Assembly (NCBI GenBank): GCA_040954595.2
Contig: CM082584.2
Coordinates: forward strand, 6,527,819-6,591,818
Length of the DNA stretch: 64,000 nucleotides
Source: Balanoglossus misakiensis
Lineage: Eukaryota > Animalia > Hemichordata
Reading direction: 5' to 3'
Part shown: positions 1-14,328 of the stretch, in pieces
Position numbering within the stretch: the first letter of the stretch is position 1
How the letters are laid out: each line of letters begins with the position of its first letter
The notes under the pieces: generated by a model
Told to the model about the DNA's origin: nothing
Database searches by the model: none
The model's input: the letters and a program-made list of their open reading frames with translations, nothing else
Program-made: the position numbers and the translations under genes

Positions 1-497
1 ATGATAGCTTTGAATATCTTGTGGCCTTTTTCGGCCTAGATTTTCACAGAAATAGTTCTAACTGCTCTCTTGAAAATTCGTACACTTTTTCTTGACATTA
101 TCCAACTGTTAAGCTGCTCGCTCAGACCTGACATTATAATAATTCACCACAAATATCTTCTTTGTCATGTTGTATGGAAGTCAACTTCGTGATAACCATG
201 ACTACTAAATTATTTAGGCTGTGTTGATAAGCTTAACGCTGATCATTTTATCATACTTTACGAAGACACCAAAATAATAAACTGTAGCTGATGAACAGAA
301 TAAAAAATAGTAAGGAAATATAGCAAAGAGTTGGAGCTATAATGTTCCTGTTGATCTACAGTGTAAATCTACATGTCTTTGAGGCTCAACTAATAGCAGG
401 AGGTCCACATAAACTTTTAAATAATCAAGTGTAACATTTTCAGATATTGCTGTGAGCACAATTTTATTATGAATTTTTGTTTGCTGTTTGTTTGCAG

Positions 498-590
498 GAT
501 GCATGGCCACGACTGCAGACGCATAACTGGACATGCCAGGGAATGATCAAGAAATTGTTTGGGTTTGCGGCATTTGAGTGTCTGAATAAG
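498..590 (+). CDS. FGFR: Candidate FGFR cassette exon within Ig3 (31 aa, DAWPRLQTHNWTCQGMIKKLFGFAAFECLNK)
   Basis: Long pyrimidine tract ending tttgcag, consensus donor AAG|GTAAGT, 93 nt, open in phase 0-0, which matches the phase-0 start of the Ig3 exon at 13239. No homology recognised directly. Confidence 0.55.
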
Positions 591-665
591 GTAAGTTGCG
601 CTGGTTAGTTGACTGTTGATTATTCAGTCACGGAGATTTTCATCTATAATTCCACAGAATTATTA

Positions 666-952
666 CCCTTGCAAACATATTCTATAGATATCTATAGAAT
701 TCTATAGAATTTTTATGGAAGTTACAAATGTATTCTATAGATATCTATAGAATTCTATAGAATTTTGATGGAAGTTAAAAACATATTCTATAGAATTCTG
801 TAGAATTTTTATGGAAATTACAGATATATTCTATAGAATTCTAAAGCCTATATAGAGTTTGTATGAGAGTTTATTGAGTTTCTATGGATGTCTATAGAAT
901 TCTATAGAAATGACAAAATCTACAGAATTCTATAGAATATTTTTCGAAAGAG
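666..952. repeat. Palindromic (TTCTATAGAA)-rich foldback/MITE-like element
   Basis: Many copies of tctataga/ttctatagaa in ~55-bp sub-repeats with imperfect inverted termini; a related short relic lies at ~10826-10890. Confidence 0.6.
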
Positions 953-3900
953 AACCCTGCTACACATTATTACATAAATGCTAATTTTTGATTTTGTAAG
1001 ATAGGAACCTGTTTTTAAACAAATCAAATTACCTTTAATTTAATAACCGACAACAAAACCTGAAAATTGAAATTGTTCAGAAAGTGTATAAGGTCTAAAA
1101 CTGTTGCACTTTTTTGCATACTCTGTGTTAAAGTGATGTTTTTTCTAGAGTCGTTGGTATTGAGGGTTTTTTCCATGAAAATATCTCTCGTTACCCCAGC
1201 TGGGTACAAGAAACTACAGATTATTTCATGTTGCGTAGAGTGACGTTGGTAAAGTTCTTTTCTCAGAGCAACTTGATCAGCTGTGGTTCAGATGTCACTG
1301 TGTGAATGAATAGTGCTTAGACTATACTCTTTCAGAATTGCAAGATGCCATGCCTGGGAATGTGGTTTTTATGAGCTCTGAGAGATTTTGTTTTTTTGCG
1401 AGGCACGTCCAGACAGGTTATTAAGTGTAATATAGTATTCTTGCATGGTGCCCGCGATTGTACTTCAACACGTTTTTTTTCTGTGGTGAGTCATACAATG
1501 ATGGTGATCTGGAAGAATACACTGTGTGAGGACACAAATTGTTTTTCCAGGGATAATTTGTCACTGGAGAAGCAATGTCCTCCAAAGGTAGATTTTCTTT
1601 TTGATAACATAACCTGATCTCTTTCGTGGTTTGAGTCATAATAAAATTAGGAAATAATGAGATACTAGTCAGAGTGAACATAAATGCTCTGGGAATAAAA
1701 TTGTCACCATTGAACTTTCTGGTTGTGAAATGGAGTTGCTTATTAATAACAACATACTGCTAAAATGTTTATTTTTTAAATCAATTTTAATCAGGGACTC
1801 GAAAAATATCAAGTGTGTTTTTAATCTATTGAAAGTTTTTTAACTATAATCAATTGGTTCTTTGTGTTGCATTGGAATTGAATAAGACACCCGGCTAATG
1901 AATTGTGAAAAGGGAAAGTTGATGTCTCACGTGAAGGATTGATTCTGTATGCCAAGATGAAATTAATGGGCAAATGGCAGTGATTGTAACTGCACTAGCA
2001 TTGCGTGGATCGTGATACACGTTGAATTTCTAATCATCTGGTTAATGTACGTTTTGCAGGGTAATGAATAAACATATACTGTCACAGTTTAAGGTTGCAT
2101 AAGTGTGTGCTTGTCTTTATGGGTCTGGCTTTTAGTAATACTTGTCAGTGACAGAGATTTGACTTTCTCATGCCCAGAAGAACGAATCTGTCAGAGTTTC
2201 TCGTAAATCAGCTGCTGGAGACAGTGAGGCTTCTTTTGTTGTTCTCTCAACGTGAATTTCAAACTCTGAATGGTCTGTTAGAGATTCACAAAAGACTCGC
2301 CTCGTAGGCATGTCTGTGTCAGTGATTTCACTACGAGATATTCAACAACGGATTATATCAGAATAATTTGATTCATGGCAGATATGACATTAACCTGTAG
2401 CTATATAACGTCAGGTGTCCTGATAACAGTCCCTTGTGTGTCAGCAATGTTAAAGTTGTATAGCTTCTTTTTCATCTTCCATTGATCTTTCAATTCTGTT
2501 CAGTGTACCGGTACATAAGAATCTTATAACACATACCGGTATGCTTTATATTGTAAGATTTATATTTACTTGATAAGTTGGAGATACGTGTGAAATATTC
2601 AAATATAGGTCTAGGAATACCAAAACATATAGTGTGGTTATCACATATTGCATACAGAATGTCAAGAAAACAAAGTGGTAGTAATGTGATTTCTTGAAAG
2701 TTTCACAAAATGTATGGATCACTCATTCTCATCCGTTCTAATCCTTGTGCTTTTATTAGTGAACCCACTTATAAGTGGAAGAAAGAAAAATGCCCTTGAG
2801 AGCTGAGAATAAATTGGAGATCCCAGCTCAGCCAAAATAATTCTTTTATAATGTAACGGTAGAATCCTTTAGCTTATATGGAAACAATATAAAATGTAGT
2901 GTGTGTATATAGAGATACCAGTAATGAAATATTACCTTTGTTGATAAATGATGGTATTATCCTATGTGTAATCATCATTGTTAGTAGATGAGAATTAATG
3001 CACTGTGTAAAAGTCAATGCTGTCACTGATGAGGAATGATGATATGCACTGTTTAGATTGCTGGTGATGAGCTTTTAATGTAACAGCGCGGTTTGTGGAA
3101 GAGATTATAGACAATTGATAGTGTGTTGGATTGAATGGTTATGGATTGGTTGTATGCTCTGCTGTGTGTGGCTGCATGCGTGGATTCAATGTGAAAGGCA
3201 AGGTGATATGTGACTGTTTTAGAGCTGCTCTGTTGGTGCGGAAGTCAGGTGGCATATTGACAAGGCATTCTTTCACAGGTAATTTGCACAAGGCTGAAGT
3301 TGTACTGTCTGCACGAGCTGACAGGGGGACTGTGTAAAATTACATGTATGCAATTAATGTGTTGCTAATACGGCAGGACATATGTTTCACGAAATCACTG
3401 ATAGGCCGTCAGACAAAATGGTTTTATTGGCACTGAAATTTCGATTGCTTTGGAAACTAGTTGTAGAAATGACAGTGGATCGCAGAAGATGATTTTTTTG
3501 GACAACTAGTACAGGACAATGAGAGGATTATTAGTACGGTGTTAGTTGGTGTCATTTGGCTGTGAGAAACTGTCTTCAGATCTGCAAAGATGTGGCAAAA
3601 CATCAACTTGCAGAAAAAAATAACTTGTCAAAAAAAAACTCTTAAGTTTTGAAATTGAGTTACTGGTAGTTTTGTCTGTTTTATGACTAAATTTTAAAAA
3701 TTTACCATCTTTGTTCTGCAAGCGTTTTTCCAGCAAAACTTCTGGAACACCTCACGTAAACTTAGAAAAATAAAATTTGAAAGAAAAAAATGGGAAAAAC
3801 AAGAGGATTGTTTATTGATTGAAGAGAAGAAGCATTACGTTTAACTGTAGAATTCAATAAATGGAAAATGGAATTCCCAACGGAGTGAGCTCATTATTTT

Positions 3901-5586
3901 CTATCAGATAAAAGCCCAGAACCACTGTGTTTACAACAGAAGGTCTGTATGACTCATAAACTCGTAACTCAATCATACGGTCAAAAATTTCATTTTTTAA
4001 ATGAGAAATGACTGTACATGGTTATCATATAATTGGTTTTGCGATAAGTACCTAGTATTGCTTCAGCTGTGGAGATGCGGCCTTCAGATCAACATGTCCC
4101 TAGTGATAGATATTTTGGATGGGAATGATGCAAAGGAATGCATTGTCTCAGTGCTAGAAAGAAGTTACAAGACATTTTCATTACTTTGATAATTTTAGAT
4201 TCTGTTAATATTTTGTGGTAAAGAATGAAGACAATATTTATGTGGTTCTGCTAGTTTGTTTTCTGCCATTTTCCACTTCACAGGCTGTGCAAATATTTGA
4301 CATTTAACGTTTGAGATATTTTACATGTATGACTTATTTATTGTTATTTATTGTTTATTTGCAGTTACACTATAAATTAGGTTTGATGAAAAATGCTCAA
4401 ATTGCATTTGCTTATGTTGCAAACTAATGGTGCATTTTTTCATAATTCTACAAAATGACTTTATTTTCTTGGCTGTTTATTGTTTAATTTCTATGAGTCA
4501 TAATAATTTTTTGTTCACATCGTGATCCTAGATGACCTTCTCCACATGTTCATTAAACAGTTCCTCCCATGATACATCAGAATATGATGTAATCTCAATA
4601 ATTTCCATCAAGCCTGAAGATAGTTGAACATTCGGGAAGAGTTTTTCCTTTGATGTTCATTATCTACCAAGTATGTCATTTCAGTGGCGTAATAAGCATG
4701 CAATTCTCTGGAGCCGTCTTCGAAAACTAATCGATAAACCTCATTTCAGCGCGCGCGACAAGCATCTCTCTGGACCATCGATTCTGTCTGGGCGGACATC
4801 TTCCCAAGGATGTGATGATGTCAGATACAATTGCTAGTGTTCAAAGGTGAATCTTTGGGAAATAACGATGTCTGTAGTTAATGGAGCTTCAACTTGGTGA
4901 TGTGTCAAAGCTTTTTACGGTTCTGTAAATGTGCCCGTTTGACTTGTGTGTGTCATTATGAGCTGAGAGAGTCAATTTGAGGAAATTGCACACATGGGTC
5001 CTTTTCTCCCAATTATAAATAATCACGAAATTGGAAGCAGCAATTTGCAAATATTGACGCCATGCCCACTGGTAGCATGCATGGTTTTAAAGAAGTGCAG
5101 TCACCTCTAATTTACATATGCCCATATATGGGTAAAAGATGTCTATAATGATTATCCAGTGGCACACTTTTCTGCACGGCCAACCAAGTGAAATCTGTGA
5201 TTTAAAGAACTTGCGTTTCAAAATAAGATCCCAATGGATTCTAATTTTCCTCCATTTCCTGTGTGCTATATGTCAGTAATTGTAATGCATTTTGTGTCAG
5301 AATTTCTTGTTCTTACTGCAAGGAAAGTTCAAAGAGCAATTTTATGAATTTATATAAATATACACTATGACTTTGACACTACTTTGACTCTTCCCACTGG
5401 ATTACACTATCTGATTAAAATCAGATGTAGTGTACGGCGATGTCTTTTACTTTGAGGTATGCCTCACACTACTACTATCTTTCCTGATAACAAAGTTTTC
5501 AGCAAGTTCAAAGAAGCGTAGGTTTGTTTAAATGCCACAGTTCAGCGGACTTTCTGCTCGGTGAACTCGGAAACTGTTCAATGTCA

Positions 5587-5800
5587 TACTGTAAAACGGG
5601 AAATTTTCATGACAGGAAATTTCCGCGATATCAAGAGACGAATACATGTATTTCGCGATAATTAATTTTCACATTCTCATGTCTCCCAAAAACATTCAAT
5701 TGTACACATTGTTCTTTTGCGAACATTTATTCTCGCATTTGTTGCTCTCGCGAAGTTCGTGAAAATTTACTGTTTGCGAAAAATTTCCCGTTTTACGGTA
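5587..5800. mobile_element. MITE, Tc1/mariner-type (TA-flanked)
   Basis: Terminal inverted repeats tactgtaaaacgggaaatttt / aaaatttcccgttttacggta (1 mismatch), TA at both ends, no ORF. Confidence 0.8.
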
Positions 5801-8800
5801 TGTTCCCCTAAAGCGTTTTTCCGCTTATCGGTTTTCCCGATTTCCCGCAAATGAAGCCCGATGTCGGATCGCACTATCACCCGAGTGGCAGATGTCGACT
5901 TTGATTCCTCGCCGTTCCCTCTGAGATGTAATTACGGCAAGTTCAAAGTCGCGTCCCCCGCGGGGTTTTCAAGCAGGAAGTTTTTTTTTTTTTTTTTACC
6001 GGGGTGTATATCCAACCTGCAATTTCCTGAGTGTTTAGGATTGTGTGTAGATGCTGATTGACTCCTTGACCATCTGCCATTAACTTCGTGGTTGTACGTA
6101 GTCCCAGAAGGGAGCAGGGATAACTCGATTTCCCGGCTGCAGACCCACAGATACATTTCAGTGACGCGCGAAACAGATGTATTGAGCGATATACCGTATA
6201 TCGTCAAACAAACCTGTAGCTCAGGTGCATGCAAATTTCAACGTTCCCGTCTTATTGTACAAAAAAAGCAAATTTTGAGTAAAATTATTTTTAAGTGAAT
6301 ATTGAAATTTTACATTATGTTATGGAACCTGTGTACTACAGACAAACCATAGGAACAGAAGTTGTCCTTAAGTATAGAACTGCCTTAATTTAATTGTCAT
6401 ATAGACAAGTCAAATTCTATAATATACATGCATTGAAAAATCTCTGATGTGGTTTACTATTTGTAAATAGGTTCCGTTGCCCTTACAAATAATACTGCAG
6501 AACACAAGGACGTTTCTGATAGCATTTTCGCAGACATCTAACTCGATTACAGATTCCCGCCTAAGTTCATTTTCCAGAGATCAAATGCTAAGCATTGGTT
6601 CTGTTATTAGGTTAGCTAGATCATGGACAGACACGTTGAGTCCTCAGTGCGTCGCCATGGAAAATTAATGGGAAAGAGCCCTGGCAGCAAGAATCATGGC
6701 AGTACTGTGTGTTGGCAAAGTCTCTATATACGTTGTGTTTTTTTCACATATACGAAGTATAAGAGACTACGGTAGACTAAAGATGTAAGAGATCAGTGAC
6801 CCGCAAAACTGGGCTCGACAGTTGATGACTAGTAAACAAAGACAAAAAGTGTTTAAAGGAAGCCCAGGCCTTAAATTGCTCTGTCAGACTAGTTGCACAA
6901 AGCTGATATGACAGTTTTATTATATTTTATGCCATTTCATATACTGGCGGTATAAATTTAATTTCTAATTCGGTACTGGGTGTGTGTGTACATATAGATG
7001 TACCGGAACATATCCAATAGAAATGTCAGTTTCTGTAAATGGACATGACTCCCTGTGCTTATAGATCCAGGGATTAGATCAACTTTCCTGCTTGTCCTAA
7101 TATGTCCTTTCCTCGGTATACCCGGGGTATATGTTATATGGTTTGTTCGTTTTTAATAGCCGGAGCAACAGGCTTCTGTGATGACTATGTGATCTTTTAG
7201 GATCTATACGTACGATCGCAACCAGGCTTCAGAATTCTATTCATGAACTCCTCAAATTGACAGCAAAGAAAATCCAGATATGCCCCCAGGGAATTATCAC
7301 CCAAACAGTGTCTGAATTGTCGAGGGAATCGCAGTGGGGTGTGTGTTATTTCTTTGCTCCAACAATGAGAGAACTCAGACGATTGTTCGGTAGTCGTGTC
7401 CCCCCTCAGGCAAGACTGGCATGCACATACTTGTTGACAAAGCCAATTTGTATCATTTGTTAACAAATTTCCCAGGCTACTGAATGTGTTTCTTCGAGGG
7501 TTCTCAAATAAAGAGTTTTGTTAGCAGCTACCCCGCCATCTAAAAGTTAGTGTCCATCATAGCTAGTGGATGTTGTTATCATTTTTTTCCTGGTTTTCTC
7601 AAAATTTCACCTCCAACCGTTTTCCTGTTCAGCTTGAAATATCCGTAATCAACAAGTCACATATGTTTCAACGAAGTTTTAAAAAGTAGTACACAACAAA
7701 GTTATGAGTAACTTCTCTCACTACAGTCATCTCTGATATTAAAGATTCATTGTTGTCCCAAGTGATGAAGAAGCATTTATTCCTTGGTATAGTTTGTTAA
7801 CATTTATTTATGAGAAGACAAAGAATTACTTCTTTAGAAAAAAATCTCAAAATCACCGTCTCTAAACTGCACCTTTTTTTAGCAAACCGGTTAAATGGGA
7901 CAGTAAAAGGATATTAATTGTGGAAGGATTAATGAATTTAATGTATTTTTGAATATTATCTCTCATGACATACATGTATCTCGGCCACTTTTGAAAATTT
8001 GACGCAGGTGTGAATGAAACTAAACTTGCTCGTTTGATGGAATTCATCAAGTTATTTTTGTCAGAAGTGATTTGCGGTGAGTTTTAGTGGCAAAGGTTGT
8101 GTCGCTAGAGTATTGGTAATAAGCTTGTTAAATGTTGCACACACAGATGACGAGAACTGGAGGAGGGCCGTGGAAATAAGAAAGAATTCCAGTTGATAAA
8201 AATGATTAAATGATGATCGACATATCATGCGATCAAACCAGAAATATTCGGCACACTTTCATTAAATTTATTGCCAGAAACAGTACACAGATATGCAGGT
8301 AGAGCAATAGTGCTAGAAAACAATTAAATTTTAATAAAAGTGGATTGATGTGGTATTTTTGTTGAGGGGTTTATGATGGAGGCAGAGTGAATGGTTACGG
8401 GTGAAAAATTTCTTGGCGATATAAACATGAGTGTATTAAAAATGCAAGTGTATTAAATTTGCAAAAGGGGTTTGCGGTCGTTTGGTTGTATAGGATGAAT
8501 TGACAACAGATTACAGGAGTTATCTTCTTCTTTTGATTAGACCCGAGTTCAATTCATATCGGCTGTGGGAGGAGGGGGAGGAGGGGGTAAGTCTCTGTCT
8601 TCTTTTGTGCGCATTAGTTTACCTGACTGCAGATCATCTCAGCCAGTCGATTCTTTGAAGCTTTTCCTCCGAGCATAATCCAGAGCTTCAGTGCATTCAA
8701 ATTTCTGCCCGTAGAAAAAAACCCAAGATAACGCTATAAATAGAAACCTCAATCTCTCAATCTTGTATTCTCCGACGGGGGGTTAGAACCGCATCAAGTG

Positions 8801-11800
8801 TTTGTGATGGGCACTTGACAAACCAGATTGCCGAGCATTGCAGTTTGCGAAACAGAAAAATATTGGAGGTATAGCCCAGCGCTTAATCCCTCCAGGGAGG
8901 AGTTTATCTGAGTGAGATGCGTGTGATACAGAATCTAATGCTCGCTTTCATGTAATCCAAACGCTCTCAGTTGAAGATACCGACAAATGATTGTTTGTCC
9001 CTTAATACAAAATCCTAGAAGCTGACAATCTGATTGATCCGAGACTATAAGTACTGAAGGAGAATCCCGGAATGGGATTTCTGCCTGACTGAGTCTCAGG
9101 CAAAGCTTCTCTAAAAGAATAACACGCAGTAAATCAAACTATCTTATGTTGAGAGTATATTAAGTTCATTCTTGTACTTGCAACCCTCTTAACATGTGTT
9201 TAAAGTGGCCCTTGAGACACTACAAAGATTTCAATCACCCTTAGTCTGTGTTTCAGTTAGATTGTATTTTTATTTCCGTTGTATCTGTAGAGATATGAGT
9301 GACAGCTGATTGTTACTTGTGGCTTTCACTCACAATAAACCATCTAGATGGTACAACAAATAGTTTCTGATAATACTGGGGAAGTGTTTGAATTTCATAA
9401 CATAGGTATACAGGTATTTCTGCATTCCTGAGAACTCACTGCATGAGTTTTTATTCCATTCTTCTAAAAATGCCGAAAAAATGATGTGTACATGTACGGT
9501 AGATGTACATGATCTGGACATGATGAAAAGGACTTGATTGTGAATTTTTGAAGTGAGGGTTTCAAGGATATGGACGTCATAAATAAATTTCTTTTTACCA
9601 AGTTAATCATCTCATGTCAAGATGCTTTCTAAATTCTGTTGTTAGTTGTGACCAAAATAGAATTATTCACCATGTTGCATCTTCTAGATCCTGATATACT
9701 CAACGTGGTTCTCCAGTAATCTGTCTTTATGTCATTCCTCGAGTTTCCACGACAACCACACACTGTCAGAAAGATTGTGAATGGAATGTCGCATTGAGAA
9801 AAATGCATGCATTTCGTTCTTTTCTGTGAAAACTTCTGCTTCATAAAAGATTATCTTATATGCAAATTAGACAGAGTTCAGTTTAGACAGGTTTTACGTA
9901 CAGCGGGTCAGTGAAAGAGAAAGACTTGAGACTGCCTCAGTGTTTAATGGAAAAAAATTAATTTTAAATCGTCCCTCAGGTAAAGAGTGTCTAGTTTCAC
10001 TCTTAAATCATATTAAAAATTTCACAACACCATCTGGCCAACCTTCAGTGAATCATCCCATTAAAATGTTCACCGTTCAGTTAATTTTCATGAATTTTTG
10101 TAATATGCGCTGTATGGAAACCGACCTAAACAAGGTCGATCATTGATTACAGGTAATGATGTTCATGCCAAAAGAAATTGATCTACCCGGTTGTATTGTG
10201 CAAAACCAACAGAGGTTACACTGTTTGGCAAAAGCAATAAACTGTTGTAAAGACTGTGTTTATATTTTCTGAGTGTAGTTTATACATGTAGACTTCTTCA
10301 GTGTGTGCGTATGCCACCAAAATTGCTGTAATCAGTAAAAAAAAGCAGTTACACGTATTGATCTGATTGTGCTCTGGGGCAAATGTCAACAGGTGAGGGT
10401 AATTCCGAATTTGCTGTATTAGATTGGTGGTATCAGGGAGAAATTACAGTCGGGTTTTATTAGAAATGCCAGTCGATTAGAGTATTGGAAAAAATTGCGA
10501 TGTTTGCGCAGTGTGTGTGCGTGAAAGTAGGTCTTTTTGTGCTCAGGATTGGAAGTGGACGCAGTGAACCAGCAAATGTCAAACTCTACGGATGAGAAAT
10601 AAATGAAAACACAACAGTGGTCGGGTTTTGCTTTTTATCAAAATTCAAATTTGTAATTCAGTTCACGGACCAACACACACATAATGTACCATCACCCTCC
10701 CACCTATCCACGATGTACCCCAAAATATGTTTCAGTTTGTTTGCAATATGTTTTATCCAGGATGGACTATGCAGCAGTTCAAATGAAAATCATTACAGAT
10801 GTGACCAGACTGGCCATTTGGATAAACTCTTACGAAAAGGTTTTATAAGATTTCTATAAACTTCTATAGATTTTTATAAGTCATAAGGGAAGTCATCCAA
10901 GTGCACTTGGCAAACTCAACTTATGCCATTTCTAATGATTTCCCCTTTTAGAGAGTAATACTACAAGTAGTCATCTAAGTGTTATGGCAGTAACATTCCT
11001 GTGATTTTCAATATGATCACAATATGATCACTACCTTTTTATTTTCTCCAAACTATTATCTGATTTCCTTCAAAGGAACGCAGTTATCCAGAGGGCAAAT
11101 GCAAGTTCTGTACGTTAGACGTTCACATCCTCCACAGTCATTTGAAGTTTAATTCTCTCTAACGTGTCAGAAGCAAAAGGCATTCGCTATCAGTATGCAA
11201 CAATTGGGTAACAAAAAATGTAAAGAAAACATGCAGTGGGCAGTAGTTTGCTAGAAGATAGCAAAAATCTTATAAAAATGTGCTGAATACACATGTACAT
11301 TGCCATGGTGATTTGCATATATGTGTTGGTGCTCGCAACCCTTTGGTTTATCTTCAAGCTTGTAAGATGTGCCACAAAACCGTCTTTCTCTGATCCTGCA
11401 TAGAAGTTTAGAAATACGAGTGAAATTCAATCAGTTGCACACAGATATAGATACATGCATGCCTCAATAGAGTAGGGTTACCAAAAAATATTAGATTTGG
11501 TTTCCAAGGTAACCGTTTTTTTCAGATAAAAGCGTGGCGCATCTCGCATATAAAAAAGAGCGTAGTGTCAACAACTGTGAATTAAAAGCGTTCTTTGTCT
11601 GAATGCTGTACATGTGGTGGATGGAATTGTTCGAAATTCATCAGGGAATGTGGTTTTTAACTCTGAACCACTGGCTCTTTCACTGTCTGCTGTGATGACG
11701 TCAATCGGGAGATGAATTAACCGCGACCATTACTTTAAATTTATAGAGTCTGTAACAGTTCTGATGTCACTCACTCTTGTACTTTCCTCCATTGAAGTAC

Positions 11801-13238
11801 AAGACGGCGACATCATCATCTTAATGACATGTACATTGTACAGTACAGTAAATCCAAGATGTGATGCTAATTATATACCCAACAAGACATACTAAAAATA
11901 GACATTGTCACTGTCAGCTTCTTGGGAACTTTTTATAATTAACCACCATATATTGAATTCAATAGAGAAGAAATTACTGTGCATGTGTTTGTGTAGAAAA
12001 ATTAATAAAAACCACACTGTAGATCTCACTGGACAGTCATTTGTCAATGTTCTTTGTGAGGTAGAAAATTGAGGGCTCTGTATGAAATGTTAGAATTTTG
12101 TGACATCTACCTTGGTATACATTTCACAGCGCTAATCAAAGATTAGTAAAAAAAATTGTTTGTCTGAGTGATTATTTCCCCTCCAACAACTTTCAAAGCG
12201 TCCGTTTGATTTAATTTGGCCTTGATCGTGCTCAGGTTTGTTATTTTCATGCCATATAGTTGTGTCGTCCAGCCCCTCACGTTTATTCTGCCAAATTAAT
12301 ACACAGTAGTACAATCAAAACTATATGTACAGACGAAAACCAATGCTGTGAATGATGAGGTGACAATGATGGCTACAGTGGGGTTCATCAAAAGCTGAGC
12401 TAAACTGTCATCTAAATATACCTGGCACTGCCATACATGTACCTACTAATTCTTGCAAAATGTCAACAGATTCAGAAGCTAGAGCAGCTGACTGTGACAG
12501 AATGACGACAACTGTCCATTTGTGGCCAAATTAAGTCATGCATTCAAATAAGGGCTTTTCGTCATAATGATGAGAGAGTGATGTGAGCACCTGGATTTGT
12601 CGCCAAATTTTCATCACCTAGTGACAATATATCAAATGTATGCTGGGCACGTACGTAATATCAACATCGTTGTTACTGATGTTGTTTTTGATCAGAATTT
12701 GTACCAATCATGTTTTCCTTTTACACCACGAGGCAGCGAGACTGCTAAGACTGACAGATGATATTGTACATGCTGTGTGACAGCACATTTCACTGTTCTG
12801 ATAAAGTCCTGCACAGAAATCCATCACTTTAATAGCATTCTTTAGTGGCATTATTAGTCTGTGTTAGCTAACTTCCGTGTACATGTACGTGTAGTCTAGA
12901 AAGTATAACAATCTATTTTCAGGTTCTGTGAACCCAAACACTGGGGTAGATTATACTAGACTTCATTCATTAAAGTGTATAATACGAGAAGCCTAGCTAT
13001 CTGACCATCTTTCACATGGAAATATTTCCATCCATTCATCATACTTTATAACTGCTTCTCTGTTTTTAATGATGGCGTATATGTCTTGTACATTTAACTT
13101 GTTTTTTTGCAATCTTGTGTGGGTGACAAACTGCAAATGAGTGTAGTTTGATGTCACTTTAATGAAAGGAATTTTTTGTTGAAAATCATGTTGTCGTAGC
13201 AACTGTAACAAACGCCAATTCATTTGTTTTGGTTCTAG

Positions 13239-13371
13239 CCGAACGTTACCGCGAACCAGGATGTGCTGGTACTACGCAATGTGACAACTGACCAGAGTGG
13301 CAAGTACATCTGCTGGGCCAGTAATGACCTTGGCACAGATTACAGAGAAGCGTGGATCAGAATTTTACCTA
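13239..13371 (+). CDS. FGFR: FGFR exon: second half of Ig3 (IIIb/IIIc-equivalent)
   Basis: PNVTANQDVLVLRNVTTDQSGKYICWASNDLGTDYREAWIRILP, with the I-set Ig motif (L-N-V..D..G.Y.C.A.N..G....AW); bounded by ttctag and GTGAGT; phase 0-1. Confidence 0.9.
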
Positions 13372-13676
13372 GTGAGTTGTCAAAGTACATTGTACCTTAC
13401 ATGTACATTGTAGTTTAAGATTTGTCCATGCAAGTATACTAGCACGGTTGCCAACCTTGGGGCATTTTGCCAGTGTGTTCCAGGGGATCTCGGAAACTTA
13501 GCCGGTGTTCCTGTTTACCAGGACAGATCTGGAATATTGCCAGCTGTTTTTTTCAGAGTGCATTTTAAACTTGACCAGCTTTCCCTTTAAGCCGTAATGC
13601 AATAATAATAATAATCTCTTCATTTAAAAGTTGTACTTCATCCATAGAAGACTTTCCTTTTTTTCTGCATTATCAG

Positions 13677-13888
13677 CTGTCGCACAGGATTCAACTACAT
13701 TGCCCATGTTAACAAGCACGAAGACGTCAACGAACAACTTTGTTTTCTTCATCATTAGTGCCGTTGCCATAGTCGTGGTTCTCGCCCTCTTAGGAGTGGT
13801 TTTGTGGCATCGATATCGCCACAAAAGGCAAATTCCACCAATTTCACAGCGATGGGTCACTCCGGATCCATCAATTATCCGGCAGCAG
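13677..13888 (+). CDS. FGFR: FGFR exon: transmembrane and juxtamembrane
   Basis: Hydrophobic FVFFIISAVAIVVVLALLGVVLW followed by basic HRYRHKR; phase 1-0 fits its neighbours; donor CAG|GTATGT. Confidence 0.9.
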
Positions 13889-14328
13889 GTATGTGAACCA
13901 TCATGTGATAATTGTACAAAATGTACAAGTATATAATGCATACATGACTATAGAAATGCACGGAAACTGAATGAAATTGTTAACAGAATGATATGAACTG
14001 GGATCCAGCCAAAACGATGAAGTTTCAGTCACTCAGGGCATATACATGTATGTTGTAGGTACACACACGTGTTTGCAAGTATTTTCTGTATTAGGACTCG
14101 ATGAACTGCCAGTACAATACAATAAAGTACAATACAATACAATACAGAAAGTTATTTTACGATTGAATTGCAAAGAAAGTGCAACCACACAGACTCTAAC
14201 ATATTCAGGTACAGAAAACTAGAGGTCTAGGAATATATCCATCTCACTATCATGTTCAGGCTCAGTGCTTCAGTCTCTTATTGCCTGAGCCTTATAAGTT
14301 TTATGCCATCTCCAACTTTACTTTTCAG

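Noticed and set aside
8541-8586. Exon-like segment (ttttgattag ... GGG|GTAAGT) in the large FGFR intron
   Set aside because: 46 nt, frame-shifting, low-complexity G-rich content and no Ig similarity; at most a cryptic exon.
13440-13560. hAT-like terminus (cacggttgccaac)
   Set aside because: No partner TIR or target-site duplication found.
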